Assembly: GCA_043228905.1 (NCBI GenBank)
Contig: JBHGNT010000013.1
Span: forward strand, 1,612,001-1,676,000
Origin: Azolla caroliniana
Taxonomy: Eukaryota > Plantae > Polypodiophyta
Length of the DNA: 64,000 bases
Direction: 5' to 3'
Made by a program: the position numbers and the translations under genes. This document shows, piece by piece, positions 35,990 through 48,800 of this stretch; the first letter of the stretch is position 1; every line of letters begins with the position of its first letter. Below the pieces are notes generated by a model that worked only from the letters and a program-made list of their open reading frames with translations, was not told the origin of the DNA and did not search any database.

Positions 35990-38105
35990 TCTCGGTTCTC
36001 GCCACCGAGGGACTCGCGGTTTCGCTCGTGGTTCGGTCGCACCGTCAGGAACTGGACCGAAGGACGCCCGTCCTGACTCTTGACCCTCGCGTAAGCCGAC
36101 CCGTTGTCCAGCACCTTGGTCTCCATCCGCGCTGCCGTAATGTACGGTTCTCCCAGTATGACCGGGTGCGAGGACGTCTCCTGCACAAAGAAGTGTTGAT
36201 CTATCTCGACGTCGCCGATCTTGACTTGCACGTTTGGGCAGGCCTCGTGTAGTTCCTCGGTGGCGCGCGTCGCCGCCCGTATCTTCCACCCGTGCTTGGT
36301 GTTGATTGGCCATTTCCCCTTCTTGTAGAAGTCCATGGACATTAGGTTTATTTCTGAACCGTGGTCCACTAGCGCCACCACCGGTTCCTGAACATCTCCA
36401 ATCTTCACCGGGGTTTCCGTGGTCGCTCGGGCCCAGTGTGGCCTCGAGTAGTGGCTCTCCGCCCACTCGTCTTCCAGCGCCATGTCCTCCATGTGTGTCG
36501 TCCGCACCTCCACCGGCCTTTCCGGTTCTGTCTCCGTCGACAGCCTCTTCCTCTTCACCAAGTCTACGATGGAGTCGTGGAACTCCTTCTTGGCGATTCC
36601 GAGCACCTCCCGCAACGATAGTTCCACCTTGCTGTCGAGGATTCGTTCTTCCAGGACCTTTCGTAGGTCCATGGTCCTTTCGATCTCCGTGCCCAACCGG
36701 TATCCGCCCTTCTTGTGGTTATCCCGGGCACTGGTCTCATCGGCCTCGTTCTGTTTCGGCCTGAATCAGGTTTCGTATCTCTGTGAGAGTCCAGCCCCTC
36801 CGGTTTTACCTACCCGTTTATCTTCAACCAGAGCCTCGTAGTTCTGGCAAGCTACTTCGACGAAACCCATCTTTTCTTCGACCGGGTCACTCCACCCGGT
36901 TACCTCCTAGACCCGCTTCTCCGCGCGGTCCGCCTCGTCTTTCTTTAGTCGGGCACCGGCGAGGCCTTCCAGCACCGTCGGCCAGAACCTGGCTTTGCTC
37001 TCCTTCCGGGCCTCGCTGCCACCGACCCGAATACCGGCCGATGCCGAGTAGTGGACGGTTTCCGCGTGCCGGGCCGCCGCCTCTTCCATCAGCCTTTTCA
37101 TTCCTCCTCGCCCGTCGTTTCGGTTCAGGGCCCTCCGGGTATCGCTGGTGTGCACCCGACCTTCCCACAGGTACACTACCCGGCTTCTCAAAGCCTCCGC
37201 AAAGTCCCCGTAGTCTTTCCGGATGTGGCCAACCTCGTCGCACCACATGCACCTATTTCCTGCCGGAGGCCGTCGGTCACGAGCCTGTTCGCCACCTTCC
37301 CTCCGAGCCTGGGCGATCTGGAGATCCTTTACCGCCCGTGTCAACTCCTCCAAAGCTGCCCCCCCAGACGAGCCTCTGACCACGCCGGTCGAAGCCGAAC
37401 CGGTTTCGAGCCACTCCCGGGTCTCTTCCCGTTGCGCTTGCGGTATCGGTTCGAGCTTCCTTGCTGCGACAGGACCCACCCCGGTCGCCCCTGTATCAGC
37501 CCACTCCCACCGTTTGTCAAAACGGCCGCAGACTCTTTTTACCGCGGCCCAGTCGGCCGTCAGCCCGTCTTCAGTTTCCAGTAAGGAGCCCACTTGCTCC
37601 CGATCCCGTGCGTCAACCGATTTGACAAACAGTAGGACACGACTTGTGTTCAGAACGGTCCGATCGAGCGCCAAAAGGCGCGCAAAGCGATCCTCAAACT
37701 CCCGGAGGAGTGCCGACGCATTTCTTCCTCTGTCAGGGGACTCCACCCACTCCATGAAGCCCCACTTCGAAAGTCGAAGCGCGTTATCCAGCCCGTATTT
37801 CTCAAGGAGCCGTCCTTCGAACTCCTCCCAGGTCCGGCTCTCCGCCCGGACCTCGAGCACCTCCGCATGGATGCCCGGCATCGCCACTCGAGGGAATCCG
37901 CCAAGACGCCTCTCTTCCGGGAAATCCCTCATCAACATCTCCGCCCGGTAGGACGCCAAATAACTCGTGGCATCCTTTCCACTGAACCATCCAATCATAC
38001 CGACGATCGCCTCAATAGCCCTGTCAAGGGCGCCGGTGCCCCGCGCGCACTCACTATCCGGTCCACGGCCGAAGCCATGGCCTCTACAAGATCCGACCCC
38101 CTCAT
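35980..38105 (-). pseudogene. gag: gag-protease ORF of element I (a few lesions)
   Basis: CMWCDEVGHIRKD zinc knuckle; ALVDHGSEIN...VILGEPY protease; ends REDF-stop. Confidence 0.85.
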
Positions 38106-38832
38106 CTTCTGCTCCTCTACTGCCTTGTTCACGTCGGGTTCACCAAATATGTCGCGTTACTACGCGCGTGCGTGGAGAAACGAGGCGGGACAACCGGGGT
38201 CTTGAACCGAAGAGCAGGTGATAGGAGGGGAAAGAGAAAGAGAGAGACGACCGGTTACGTCTGAGCAAAGAAACACAGGGACACGGCCCGTCAACGCAGA
38301 AAACACGAATGGACACAGAGACAGAGAGACACAAATGTTTGTATATTAACAAATGACACAAACCAACAGAGCACGCGAGCGGTTACAACCGAACAGGCCG
38401 GCAAACAGATGCCGATGCCTGCTCGTCTGTCCACAAAAGGGGATAGGATGGAGGTGCTGCCGGAAGCACATGGGCGTTCCTCGAAGCAGCGCGAGCCTCC
38501 CGAAATCTTGCAGAGCAGAGCGATGGAGAATGAACAGAGGAGAAACGTTCGGTTACGGTCCGACATCACTTCGTCCTCCTCAATGCGCGATCCCTTTCTC
38601 CCCGCGCCTCCCTCTCTTTTATAGCTTCAAGAAGGGAGCCGCTTCCCTCATTAACTTCCTACCTACCGAATCTAACTACCTAGGATATACCTTTGTACCT
38701 AATCCTTTATTATATACATTAGAGGGCGCGCACGCGTGAAGAGCCGGTTCGCGCGCGCTATACACCGATTGCGCTAAGGGACGGTTTTCTTCACGACACC
38801 GTCCAAATAGACGACATTCTTGCGAATCGCGT

Positions 38833-41800
38833 TGTTGCGAAGATTCGCGCGTGCGTGTGCTACTCGAGCGACCACCGGGGTCTTGGACTAGGGAGGATGT
38901 TTGCAGAATTATCGAAGAGATGACATGACGATAAATGTAAGATTGGATGAAATTTTTTCGCTTGAGAAGAAGAAAGATTGTACACTTGAGAAGTAGAAAA
39001 ATATGAAGAAGATAAAGACAAATATAATTATATTGATGATATGGTGTTGGTGATATCACATATTGAGCCACCCTTACACAAGTTCAAGTAGAGGCTCTTA
39101 TAGGTCTTTCTATGCTTGTGACATGCACAAAACCATGGGCTAAAACCATGGTTTTGTGCACACGGTTTTGCTTATGTCATGCACAAACCATGGGTTTAGA
39201 ACCATGGTTTTGTGCACATGGTTTTGTAATGGTTGTTTCATCTATAATTCATATATGAAAAGTAAATACATAAAATCTACACTATATGATAGTTGTCCTA
39301 GTGGTAAGGCAATTATCTTGTATCTTAGAGGTGCAAGGTTCAAACCTTGCTTGCACCCCTCTGTATGAACTCAAGTGTCACTAGGCCTCAGGAGGCTAAT
39401 TTGCTAAGTGCATGTGCAATGTTGCACATCCTTGGTTTATTCGTCTCACTCGGTTTCACACCGTAGCCAAAAATCGTCACGACATCCACCCCCACCAAAC
39501 CCGCACATCCTCCGGTATGTGCCGAGAAAGGTGAAGAGGTGAGATCTTTGGCAACGGTGATCAACTGAGTTCCTCTGCACGCTCGTCGACCTCGTCTGAC
39601 TTCGTCTTCCACTTTGAGTATGCGCAATCTTTCCAACCGAACCACCATAGCCACCTGATCCACCATATCCGGCGCTCATACCTTCTTCCCCGATTGGTTG
39701 TAGTAGATCTACCGAACGATGTTGTCGATCCGACTGCTCTTCCTTCGTCCACCGCATGTGTCCTTCAATTGGACTCCTGGCCACTCCTTGTGCTCACCGT
39801 TTTCATCTGGGTATTGTGGATCGTTCGTGTCGATCTCTGATTAGGCCGGGTTTGCCCTTGTCCGAATCGGTCTCCACCGATCGCTTCTTGCCTTGGTTGG
39901 CCTTCGTCTGCATTCGCATTTCACAAAGTCCAGCTCGACCGATTGATTCCTGCCGGGTCGGCCCCCTTTTGGCTCGGGATTGTCCGATCGATTTTGGCCA
40001 AATCTGGTTTCGGCCGGGTCGGCCCTAGTCGATCAGCTCCCATGTGGATCTTCCTTCGTTTGGGCCGGAATCCCAGCCGGATGGTCTTCCGGTTCGACCG
40101 GTTCTCGACTTTTCCTTCCTTCCCGCATGCTGCCTCTCCATCGAACTCAACCGCGACTTCATCCTTGGCCTCCCCGTCGGCCACATCCTTCCCTCCGTGT
40201 ATGCTCGCCTCGAGCCATATTGTCTCCTCTCCACCACCTCCTTTATCTTCGGTCTTATGTCGACACACGGTCTCGACTACCGAAGTCTCCGGAACTAGTG
40301 TGAAGGAATCCCTTCGTTCATTTACCTTGTCTTCCTCATCACCCTTCCAGCCGTCCGCTTTTCCGTCGACACATTCCGTCTCTCCGCACTCACGTTGGCA
40401 CAAGTGCACAACCGCCTAAGTCTCTAGAATAGGTGTGGGGATATCCTTTCTTCCTCAATCTTCTTCCTCCTTGTGTTGGGCCTTCGTCTTCCCGTCACCA
40501 CCTTCCGTCTCTCCGGTCTCACATTTGCACACGGGTGCAACTACCGAAGTCTCTGGAACAAGCGTGGAGAAAGTCTCGACATGGCTATCCGTCATCGACT
40601 CGTCCATAGCCACCTCTGACTCAATGTCGTTTGTCATGGCTACCTCCTCAATCACTTCGGACTCAAACACTTTATCTCCCTTGATCATGCTTGCACCTTC
40701 ATTACTAAATGTTTCGTACACAATGCGTGTTCCGAAACATTTATCCTCCCTCAAAGTGGTGTTCGCCGTCCTCGTTTCTTCGTAAGACAAGAAGGTGACT
40801 TGTTTCACACCTTCTCTCTTGGTACCGTCATACCGAACCTGAGCCTTTGTATCCGCCACTTCATTAACCCACATTGGTTGGGAGGTCTCTTCTTCCTCGA
40901 TCACCATTCGCCTCGGTTTTGTCTCCCTTTTAAGCTTTATTTCTTTTGTTGGTGGTGTGTTGTTGTATCTCGCCCCTCTTCGATCATCCCTCATGGGCCG
41001 TCTTGTTGCTCCAATCCTCGATGAGGCCATTTGCACCATCATCTTCTTCGAGTTTGAGGCCGATGGCCATCCTTTCCATTCAATGGATTGACTTCACGAA
41101 CATAAGGACCTTATCGACCCCACCAATCTTTGTTCTCGCTCCGAGAGTTGAGAAAAATGATGCTCGAAGTCTACGAATGCTTGTGTCGTGCCTTGGTGGG
41201 TCTTCGCTGATGTCACCCATTGGTCGAAGTTGCGTCGATCTTGTCCCTTCAGTCTCTCATAGCCATATTCCTCCAATAGAGCCTTCTCGAAAGTCTCCCA
41301 CAAATCATGAGCTTCTAGAAGCTCTTTTACGTCTTTGAAGATCAGTTGAGACACCACCCGACAAAAGTACTCAAGCCTCATAGCTTCGCACACCAATTGA
41401 ATCCATCTCCGCATTGTAGACTTTTAGAAAACTTTGGACTTCGGCGCCGTTGAAATAGCTCACTCGCTCAACTACCCTATCGACAGCTTGTTGGGCTTCA
41501 TTTCTTCTTTTCCCTTCTCTCAGAAACTCCAAAATGCTTTTTGCCATTGCCGCCATCCATCTTCGTCCTCCCCTATTGCTCTTCACGTCGGGTTCACCAA
41601 ATGATGTCACGAAGATTCGCGCGTGCGTGTGCTACTCGAGCGACCACCGGGGTCTTGGACTAGGGAGGACATTTGCAGAATTATCGAAGAGATGACATGA
41701 CGATCAATGTAAGATTGGATGAAATTTGTTCGCTTGAGAAGAAGAAAGATTGTACACTTGAGAAGTAGAAAAATATGAAGAAGATAAAGACAAATATAAT

Positions 41801-42254
41801 TATATTGATGATATGGTGTTGGTGATATCACATATTGAGCCACCCTTACACAAGTTCAAGTAGAGGCTTTTATAGGTCTTTCCATACTTGTGACATGCAC
41901 AAAACCATGGGCTAAAACCATGGTTTTGTGCACACAATTTTGCTTATGTCACGCACAAACCATGGGTTTAGAACCATGGTGTTGTGCACATGGTTTTCTA
42001 ATGGTTGTTTCATCTATAATTCATAGGAAAAGTAAATACATAAAATCTACACTATATGATAGTAGTCCTAGTGGTAAGGCAATTATCTTGTATCTTAGAG
42101 GTGCAAGGTTCAAACCTTGCTTGCACCCCTCTGTATGAACTCAAGTGCCACTAGGCCTTAGAAGGCTTATTTGCTAAGTGCATGTGCAATGTTGCACATC
42201 CTTGGTTTATTCGTCTCACTCGGTTTCACACCGTAGCCGAAAATCGTCACGACA
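38833..42254 (-). mobile_element. Non-autonomous gag-only Gypsy element J1
   Basis: LTRs 38833-39484 and 41605-42254; TSD GCGT/TCGT; PBS 41582-41599; PPT 39485. Confidence 0.92.
39286..39358 (+). promoter_or_regulatory. tRNA-like A-box/B-box module in LTR U3 (representative copy)
   Basis: TGTCCTAGTGG-34 nt-TTCAAACC with a GCAAGG/CCTTGC stem; counterparts in 11 LTRs. Confidence 0.6.
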
Positions 42255-45200
42255 TCGTCTTGCAAGTCAGTGCACTCCCTTCGTGAGTGCTCGAAGCTGT
42301 CGCACCACACACATCTATATGTTTCTTTTCCCTTGGGCCCGCATCGACCTAAGTTGGCCAACGATACCGCTTCAAACTTCTTGGAGAGCTCTTAGATTAT
42401 GGATTCTTCCATCGCTTTCTTGTCGAAATTTTTGATTGGCTTGCTAGGCTCGATCGTCATAGGCGCCTTCGTCCTCCACGATTGTGGATTCTCCATATCA
42501 GTTTGCTCTTGCCATTGTCGACCCTTATCAAGACGGCTACAAGCCTTCTTCACCGCTGCCTAGCCCGCTACCAAACCATTTGGTTGTGTTTCGTCTTCCA
42601 AAAGGTTGCCCAATTCTCGCCGATCTTTCGCATCCACTACCTTTAGGAATAGTAGGAATTTATTTCGATCAACACTCGTTGATCAACACTTGGAAGTCGG
42701 TTGTACTTCTGGTTGAATTCGGCATATACTCCAGACGCACACATATTCTTCCCTTTCTTCTCGATCCACGTCATTAGCGTATGTCAAGTCATCCGTGATG
42801 TGTCTTCTAGCATGTATTCAACGAGAAGCGCCTTTTTGAACTCCACCTAAGTTGTGTGCTCGTTTTGGATCTCCATGACATGATCCGGATCCTTGGTTCC
42901 ACCACACGTTTGAAGCTAGAAATTTTTTTGAGATCGTTGACATCCCTCTGCTGCATCTCGTTCCGATAGGTAGCAAGGAAATCCGTGATGTTCTTGCCAC
43001 CAAATTGTCCAGCTATCTCGACCGTACAATCAACAACTTTGTCCATTAAAGCTTCTCGATCTCTCACCTTTAGCATGTATTCCACTATGGACACCATACC
43101 TTTCGTTAATTCCTCTCCATGAGTTCCGCTTGTCGAAGCCATCGTTGTACTTGAGATCCTCCCTACCGCGTCTTTCACGTCGGGTTCACCAAGTGATGTC
43201 GCGAAGATTCGCGTGTGCGTGTGCTACTCGAGCGACCACCGGGGTCTTGGACTGGGGAGGACGTTCGAGGAATTATTGAAGAGATGACGATCAATGTAAG
43301 ATTGGATGGAATTTGTTCACTTGAGAAGAAGAAAGATTGTACACTTGAAAAGTAGAAAAATATTAAGAAGATAATGATGAATATAATTATATTGATGATA
43401 GTGGTGTTGGTGATATCGCATATTGAGGCCCCCTTACACAAGCCCCACTATAGGCTTTTATAGGTCTCTCCATGCAAAAACCATGGGCTAAAACCACGGG
43501 CTAAACCATGGGTTAAAACCATGGTTTTGTGCCCACGGTTTTTATATGTTTGCTTCCTACGAAATATTGAATATGAAAAGAAAATATACAAAATTTAAAG
43601 CATTTAGTAGTGGCTTTAGTGGTAAGTTAATTCGTCTCTTATCATGGAGGTGCAAGGTTCAAGCCTTGCTTGCACCCCTTTGTGTGGACTCAAAGGTTAC
43701 TAGGCTTTAGTCTTATTTTATTTACAAATGTTTGAGTGCTCATTACACTTTCTCGATTTTGTTTGTCCCACACGATTTTCACACCGTTGCCGAAAATCTT
43801 CACGACACCGGTGTCCTATGCCGGCTGGATCCCGTAAACTTGGGTCCGACACGACCTCTTTCATCCTTTCCTTGCTGCCCTCCGGCAAGGGTGCCGTGAC
43901 TGGCCTCACCTTCCGGTCCACAGTCTTGTACCTTGTATCCACTCGGGCTGTTCTATCCAACTCGACCCCTTTCCCGAAATCAACAATGGCTTCGTACATC
44001 CTTTTCGAACAAATTGGAATCATCCGGTCTTCACTAAGTCCTTCTTCGAACGCCTTCCTTAATTCTCCCAAGGTGTTGTCGAAAGAGACCGCCTCCACGA
44101 CACTGCCAATCTCCTCGTCGGGGCCAAGGACTCTGCACGCCCTGAGACGTTCCTCTGCCTGCTTCTTTTCCTGGGTGCTAATGTTGGTTATCGTACAATC
44201 TCCATTGTCGGAGAGCCAAAATTTCCTACTTATGGTACACGTGTGGGGTTCCTCTGGGGTGTCCGGACTATCGCGGCCCCACGCCTTGATAGCCCTCTCT
44301 AAAAATCCCCTCGGCTATCGCCGTCGAGGGTCTTGCGGTTACGCTCATGGTTCGCTTGCACTGGACGGAGTGTCATGCATCTTGGCTCTTCACGCATGCG
44401 TACGCCGAATCGTTATCCAACACCTTTGTCTCCATGCATGCCGCCGTAATATACGGTTTGCCGAGTATCAATGAGTGCGAGGATGTCTCCTGCACGAAGA
44501 AGTGTTGGTCAATGTCGACATCGCAGATTTTCACACGTACATTCGGGCAGGCCCCGTGCAACTCCTTCATGGCGTGCGTCGCCGTGCATATCTTCCACCC
44601 GTGCCTGGTGTTGATCGTCCAGTTTCCCTTTTTGTCGAAGTCCATAGACATCCAGTCGATCTCGGTACTGTGGTCTATCAGCACCACCACCGGCTCCTGG
44701 ACGTCCCCGATCCGAACCGGGATCTCTGTAATGGCTCTAGGCTAGTGCAACCTTGAATAGTGGCTTTCTGCCAACTCGTCTTCCACGGACATGTCTTCCA
44801 GGTGCGTTGTCCACACCTCCATAGGCTTCTCTGGTCCCGGCTTCGTCGAGAGTCGTTTCCGCTTCACCAAGTCCACGATGGAATCGTGGAACTCTGTTAC
44901 CGATACGGAACACTATCTATCTTCAGAACTTCGAGATAGACCTCAAGGTGATTGCGTGGCAAGGTAGGCCGTCACACGACGCATGAGCCATACTCTATCG
45001 GTTGCGTAATAACGCGTATCCTATGGGTGAAGGTTCACGACTACGACCGAGAACCTGAGTGCGCTATTACGTTGACTCTTACCCTACGCTTTCAGAGACG
45101 CACTTACGAATAGTACAGAGATTATACAAGATAGCACGGGTTGCACAGACACCGAATATTAGAGAAGATAAGATTCTATTAGAAAAGAAAACCTCACGCT

Positions 45201-45871
45201 TAAAACTTACACGCTACCTCTTACAGAGGATTTCTACCCTTTATATACACAACGCGTTCAACCGTTCATGCTTCTCGCGTGAACCGTTACATTTTTTTTC
45301 TTAACACTTCTAATATATTTACACATTCTGTCCGGCGGTTACAATTCCGGCAGACAACACTTCGCACGCCTGTGGGACAGTGCCCTGGCACGTCAGACCC
45401 ATCCCTCTATTTCTCCTCCAAGATTTCCAGGATGTTCGGATCTGCTTGTATGTTCTGGTCCGGAGATGGCGTAATGTCCATTGGTGCTTCGTTGCTCTGT
45501 TGTGCGTCCTGTCCTTGCTCGACCGTCGTGGGGGTTTCTATGTTTTCCACTTCTCCCTGCGTGGTCGGACCCGGCTCTGCTAGCTCATTCCTGTCTGTTG
45601 CGGCTGGCGCTTCCGTCTATGGGCAAGTGGTTGACTAAGGCTCTATCCTATCCGTATCGTCCCCCATGTTGCTTGGCATAGTTGTCATTTTTGGTGAACT
45701 AGGCTGAGGCTCCCCGTGCTCGGTGGAATCAGTGGCTTTGTACGTTGTTGTTCGCTCCTGATCTCCATTAGTCGGTTGAAAATATCTTCTTGACTTTCCC
45801 CGAAGTTGTCTAACAGCTGTGCGAATTCCTCAGAGTGTTGGTCCGCTAGTGTGCGATAATCCTGTGGTAGG

Positions 45872-48800
45872 TGTTGTGAATCGACGCTTCGATTCACCTT
45901 CTCCGCTCGGCCACAACCGAGTAATCGCTAATCGATGCAGCAGAAAATAGGAAATACAGAGAAAGCCACGATACACAGGGATTAACGTGGAAAACCCTAT
46001 ACGGGAAAAACCACGGGAGTGCGAGACTCCAAACCAAAACTATACAGAGAAGTATACAATGGCGAGATGCAAGGCGACGAACTTGAGCTCGCTGTCCTCG
46101 CCACAGGCGGCGGAAATACACAGAGGCGTCTACCTCTTCCTCTCTCTCGCGCTCTATCTCTCTCTCTCACGGCTGCTTACACTTCACTCCTCTAGAGTGG
46201 AAAAACAGAAAAATGAGAAGCAACAGTAAAACTGTTTGCCCTAAGTCATATTTATACTTATATGACTTTGGGCTATTTACAACTATAGCCTCAGGGGGCC
46301 CATAGCGAACATATTCACGGATATGTCCCTGCATCCGGATCGCTCTCCGGGTACATTCGTCATCCGGTACCGAAGCCGGGGTCTTCGTCATCCGGATCCG
46401 AAACCGAAACCGGGCTTGTCGGCATCCATCTCAGATATCCGACCATCCCATCCGAAAGGGACCGAAATCCCAACAAACTCCCCCTTCACTTCGGCATGGG
46501 ATGTCTCTCCAATCCGATCCTCTTCCGGCATGCTTCCAGCTTGTCGGGTGTGAGCACCTTGGTCAGCATATCCGACCCATTCTCGTCCGTGTGGATCTTC
46601 GTCAGCACGAACTCCTTGTCTTCTATCCTTTCCCGGATCCAGTGATATCTTCGCTGGATGTGCTTCGTCCGGGAGTGATAGGCCGCGTTCTTCGCAAGGT
46701 GGATTGCACTCTGACTATCGCAGTAGAGTCGGTACTCCTCCTGTTGGATACCGAGCTCTCTAATGAAGTCCTTCATCCATATTAATTCCTTGCCGGCTTC
46801 AACAGCCGCCATGTACTCCGCCTCCGTGGTTGACAACGCAACCGACTTCTGCAGCCTCGACTGCCAGGAAACGGCTCCCCCTGCATACGTCATCACATAC
46901 CCTGATGTGGACCGGCTGGTATCTGCATCAGCCGACATATCCGAATCGGTGAAGCCGTCGAGTTCGGGCTTACCGGAGCCGAATCGGAGGCACACGTTCG
47001 CCGTGCCCTTCAGGTATCGGAGTATCCACTTGGCCGCGTTCCAATGCTCTTTGCCGGGATTGCTCATGTACCGACTCACCACTCCGACTGCATATCCGAT
47101 GTCCGGTCTCGTACACACCATGGCGTACATCAAGCTCCCGACGGCTGAGGCATACGGCACTTTCATCATATCCTCCTTTTCAGCCTTTGTCTTGGGACTT
47201 TGCTTGCTGGACAGCTTGCAGTTTGCCGGGAGGGTCGATCCGACCGGTCTTGCTTCCGACATGTTGAACCGGTGAAGCACCTTCGTCACGTACTTCTCCT
47301 GTGACAGCCACAACTGCTTCTTCTTCCGGTCCCGGATGATGTGCATCCCTAGTATTTGCCTCGCCGGACCCAGGTCCTTCATTGAGAAGGTTCGGTGAAG
47401 AGCCTTCTTCAGCATCCGTATCTTGACCTGGTCCCGTCCGACGATCAACATGTCGTCCACGTACAGGAGGAGTATTAGAAAGTCTCCTCCTTCGAATTTC
47501 TTCACAAACACGCAGTGGTCGGACTGCGTTTTGAGGTACCCTTCGTCGGTCATGAAGGAGTCGAACTTCCGGTACCATTGCCGGGGAGCCTGCTTCAGTC
47601 CGTAAAGGCTCTTCTTCAGCCGGCATACCAGGTGCTCCTTCCCTTTCTTCTCGAATCCTTCCGGTTGCTGCATGTAGATCTCTTCTTCGAGGTCACCGTG
47701 AAGGAATGCCGTCTTCACGTCCATCTGTTCTACCTCGAGGTCCATGCTTGCCGCTATGCTCAGCACCGTCCGGATGGAGGTCATCTTCACTACCGGGGCA
47801 AATATCTCGTCGAAGTCGACGCCCTTCTTCTGCTGAAACCCCTTCACCACGATCCTGGCTTTGTATCTCGGGGGGTTTCCGGCATCTCCCGGTTTCAGCT
47901 TGAACACCCACTTGTTTCGAAGTGCCCGCTTTCCTTTCGGCAACTCCACAAGTTCATATGTGTGGTTCTCATGCAGGGAATCCATCTCGTCCTGCATGGC
48001 ACTCAACCACCTGCGGCTCTGAGTGTCATGTTTTGCTTCTTCAAAACTCTCCGGCTCCCCCTCGTCGGTTAGCAGCACGTGCTCTGGTTCCGGAAATCTC
48101 CGGGGGGCCCTTCTCTCTCTTAGAGGATATCTCCGTTCTGGAGCTTCGGTAATCGGTTCTTCCGATTCTTCTTCATCCGAATCCATTTCGGGATCGGGGC
48201 CGGTTCCGGTATCATTTTCATCTTCTTCGGTCGGTTCGGTTTCTTCACCGTCTTCGGCCGGATCCTCGAGTGCTAACCGGTCCCTTGCCAGTCGGGACTG
48301 CTCCTCGTAGAGTTGATCCTCACCGGTCGACTTGGAGCTCTTCATCTTCTTCTCCGACTCCCAGTCGGCGAGTGTCTTGTCCTCCATGAAGATGATATCT
48401 CGACTCCTGAATATCTTCTTGTCGACCGGGTCCCATACTCGGTAGCCGAACTCGTCATCGCCGTAACCGAGGAATATGCATGGCCGGGTCTTTGGATCTA
48501 GCTTTCCTCTCAGGTCCTTTGCCACATGCACGTATGCGAGACACCCGAACACCTTCAGATGCCGGTAGGATACTTCCCTACCGGTCCACACTCTCTGCGG
48601 CGTGTCTCCGCCCAAAGGTACTGAGGGTGATCTGTTTATCACGTATGTCGCCGTCGACATCGCCTCAGCCCAAAAACCCTTGGGTAATTCCGCATGCGCC
48701 AGCATACTCCGGACCCTCTCCATTATGGTCCGGTTCATCCTCTCGGCCAGCCCGTTCAGTTCCGGCGTCTTCGGCATAGTAAACTCGAGTCGGATTCCCT

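Larger units (their letters stand above)
31850..38798 (-). mobile_element. Near-complete Gypsy element I
   Basis: LTRs 31850-32497 and 38150-38798; perfect TSD CCGT; Trp PBS; PPT; gag, PR, RT, RH and INT all present. Confidence 0.95.
29703..43807 (-). mobile_element. Gypsy element H, an internal-deletion derivative (gag-PR fused to INT C-terminus), hosting I and J1
   Basis: LTRs 29703-30377 and 43197-43807; TSD CTGG/CCGG; PBS 43174-43191; PPT 30378; gag DLQDAIRKNVVYLDGNMIHSRE restored across J1 and I. Confidence 0.9.
25964..44894 (-). mobile_element. Gypsy element G (3' LTR 25964-26701; decayed INT-RH-RT 26702-29702; RT N-term and PR 43808-44894), hosting H and cut by C
   Basis: TGTCGTG...AACGACA LTR with PPT; FLDDIP and LPQGGTNS; reading GIGH|RFT is restored across the H insertion. 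Confidence 0.88.

Noticed and set aside
39286-39358. Functional tRNA gene
   Set aside because: Acceptor and anticodon stems do not pair and differ between copies; only the A/B boxes and a T-arm-like hairpin persist.
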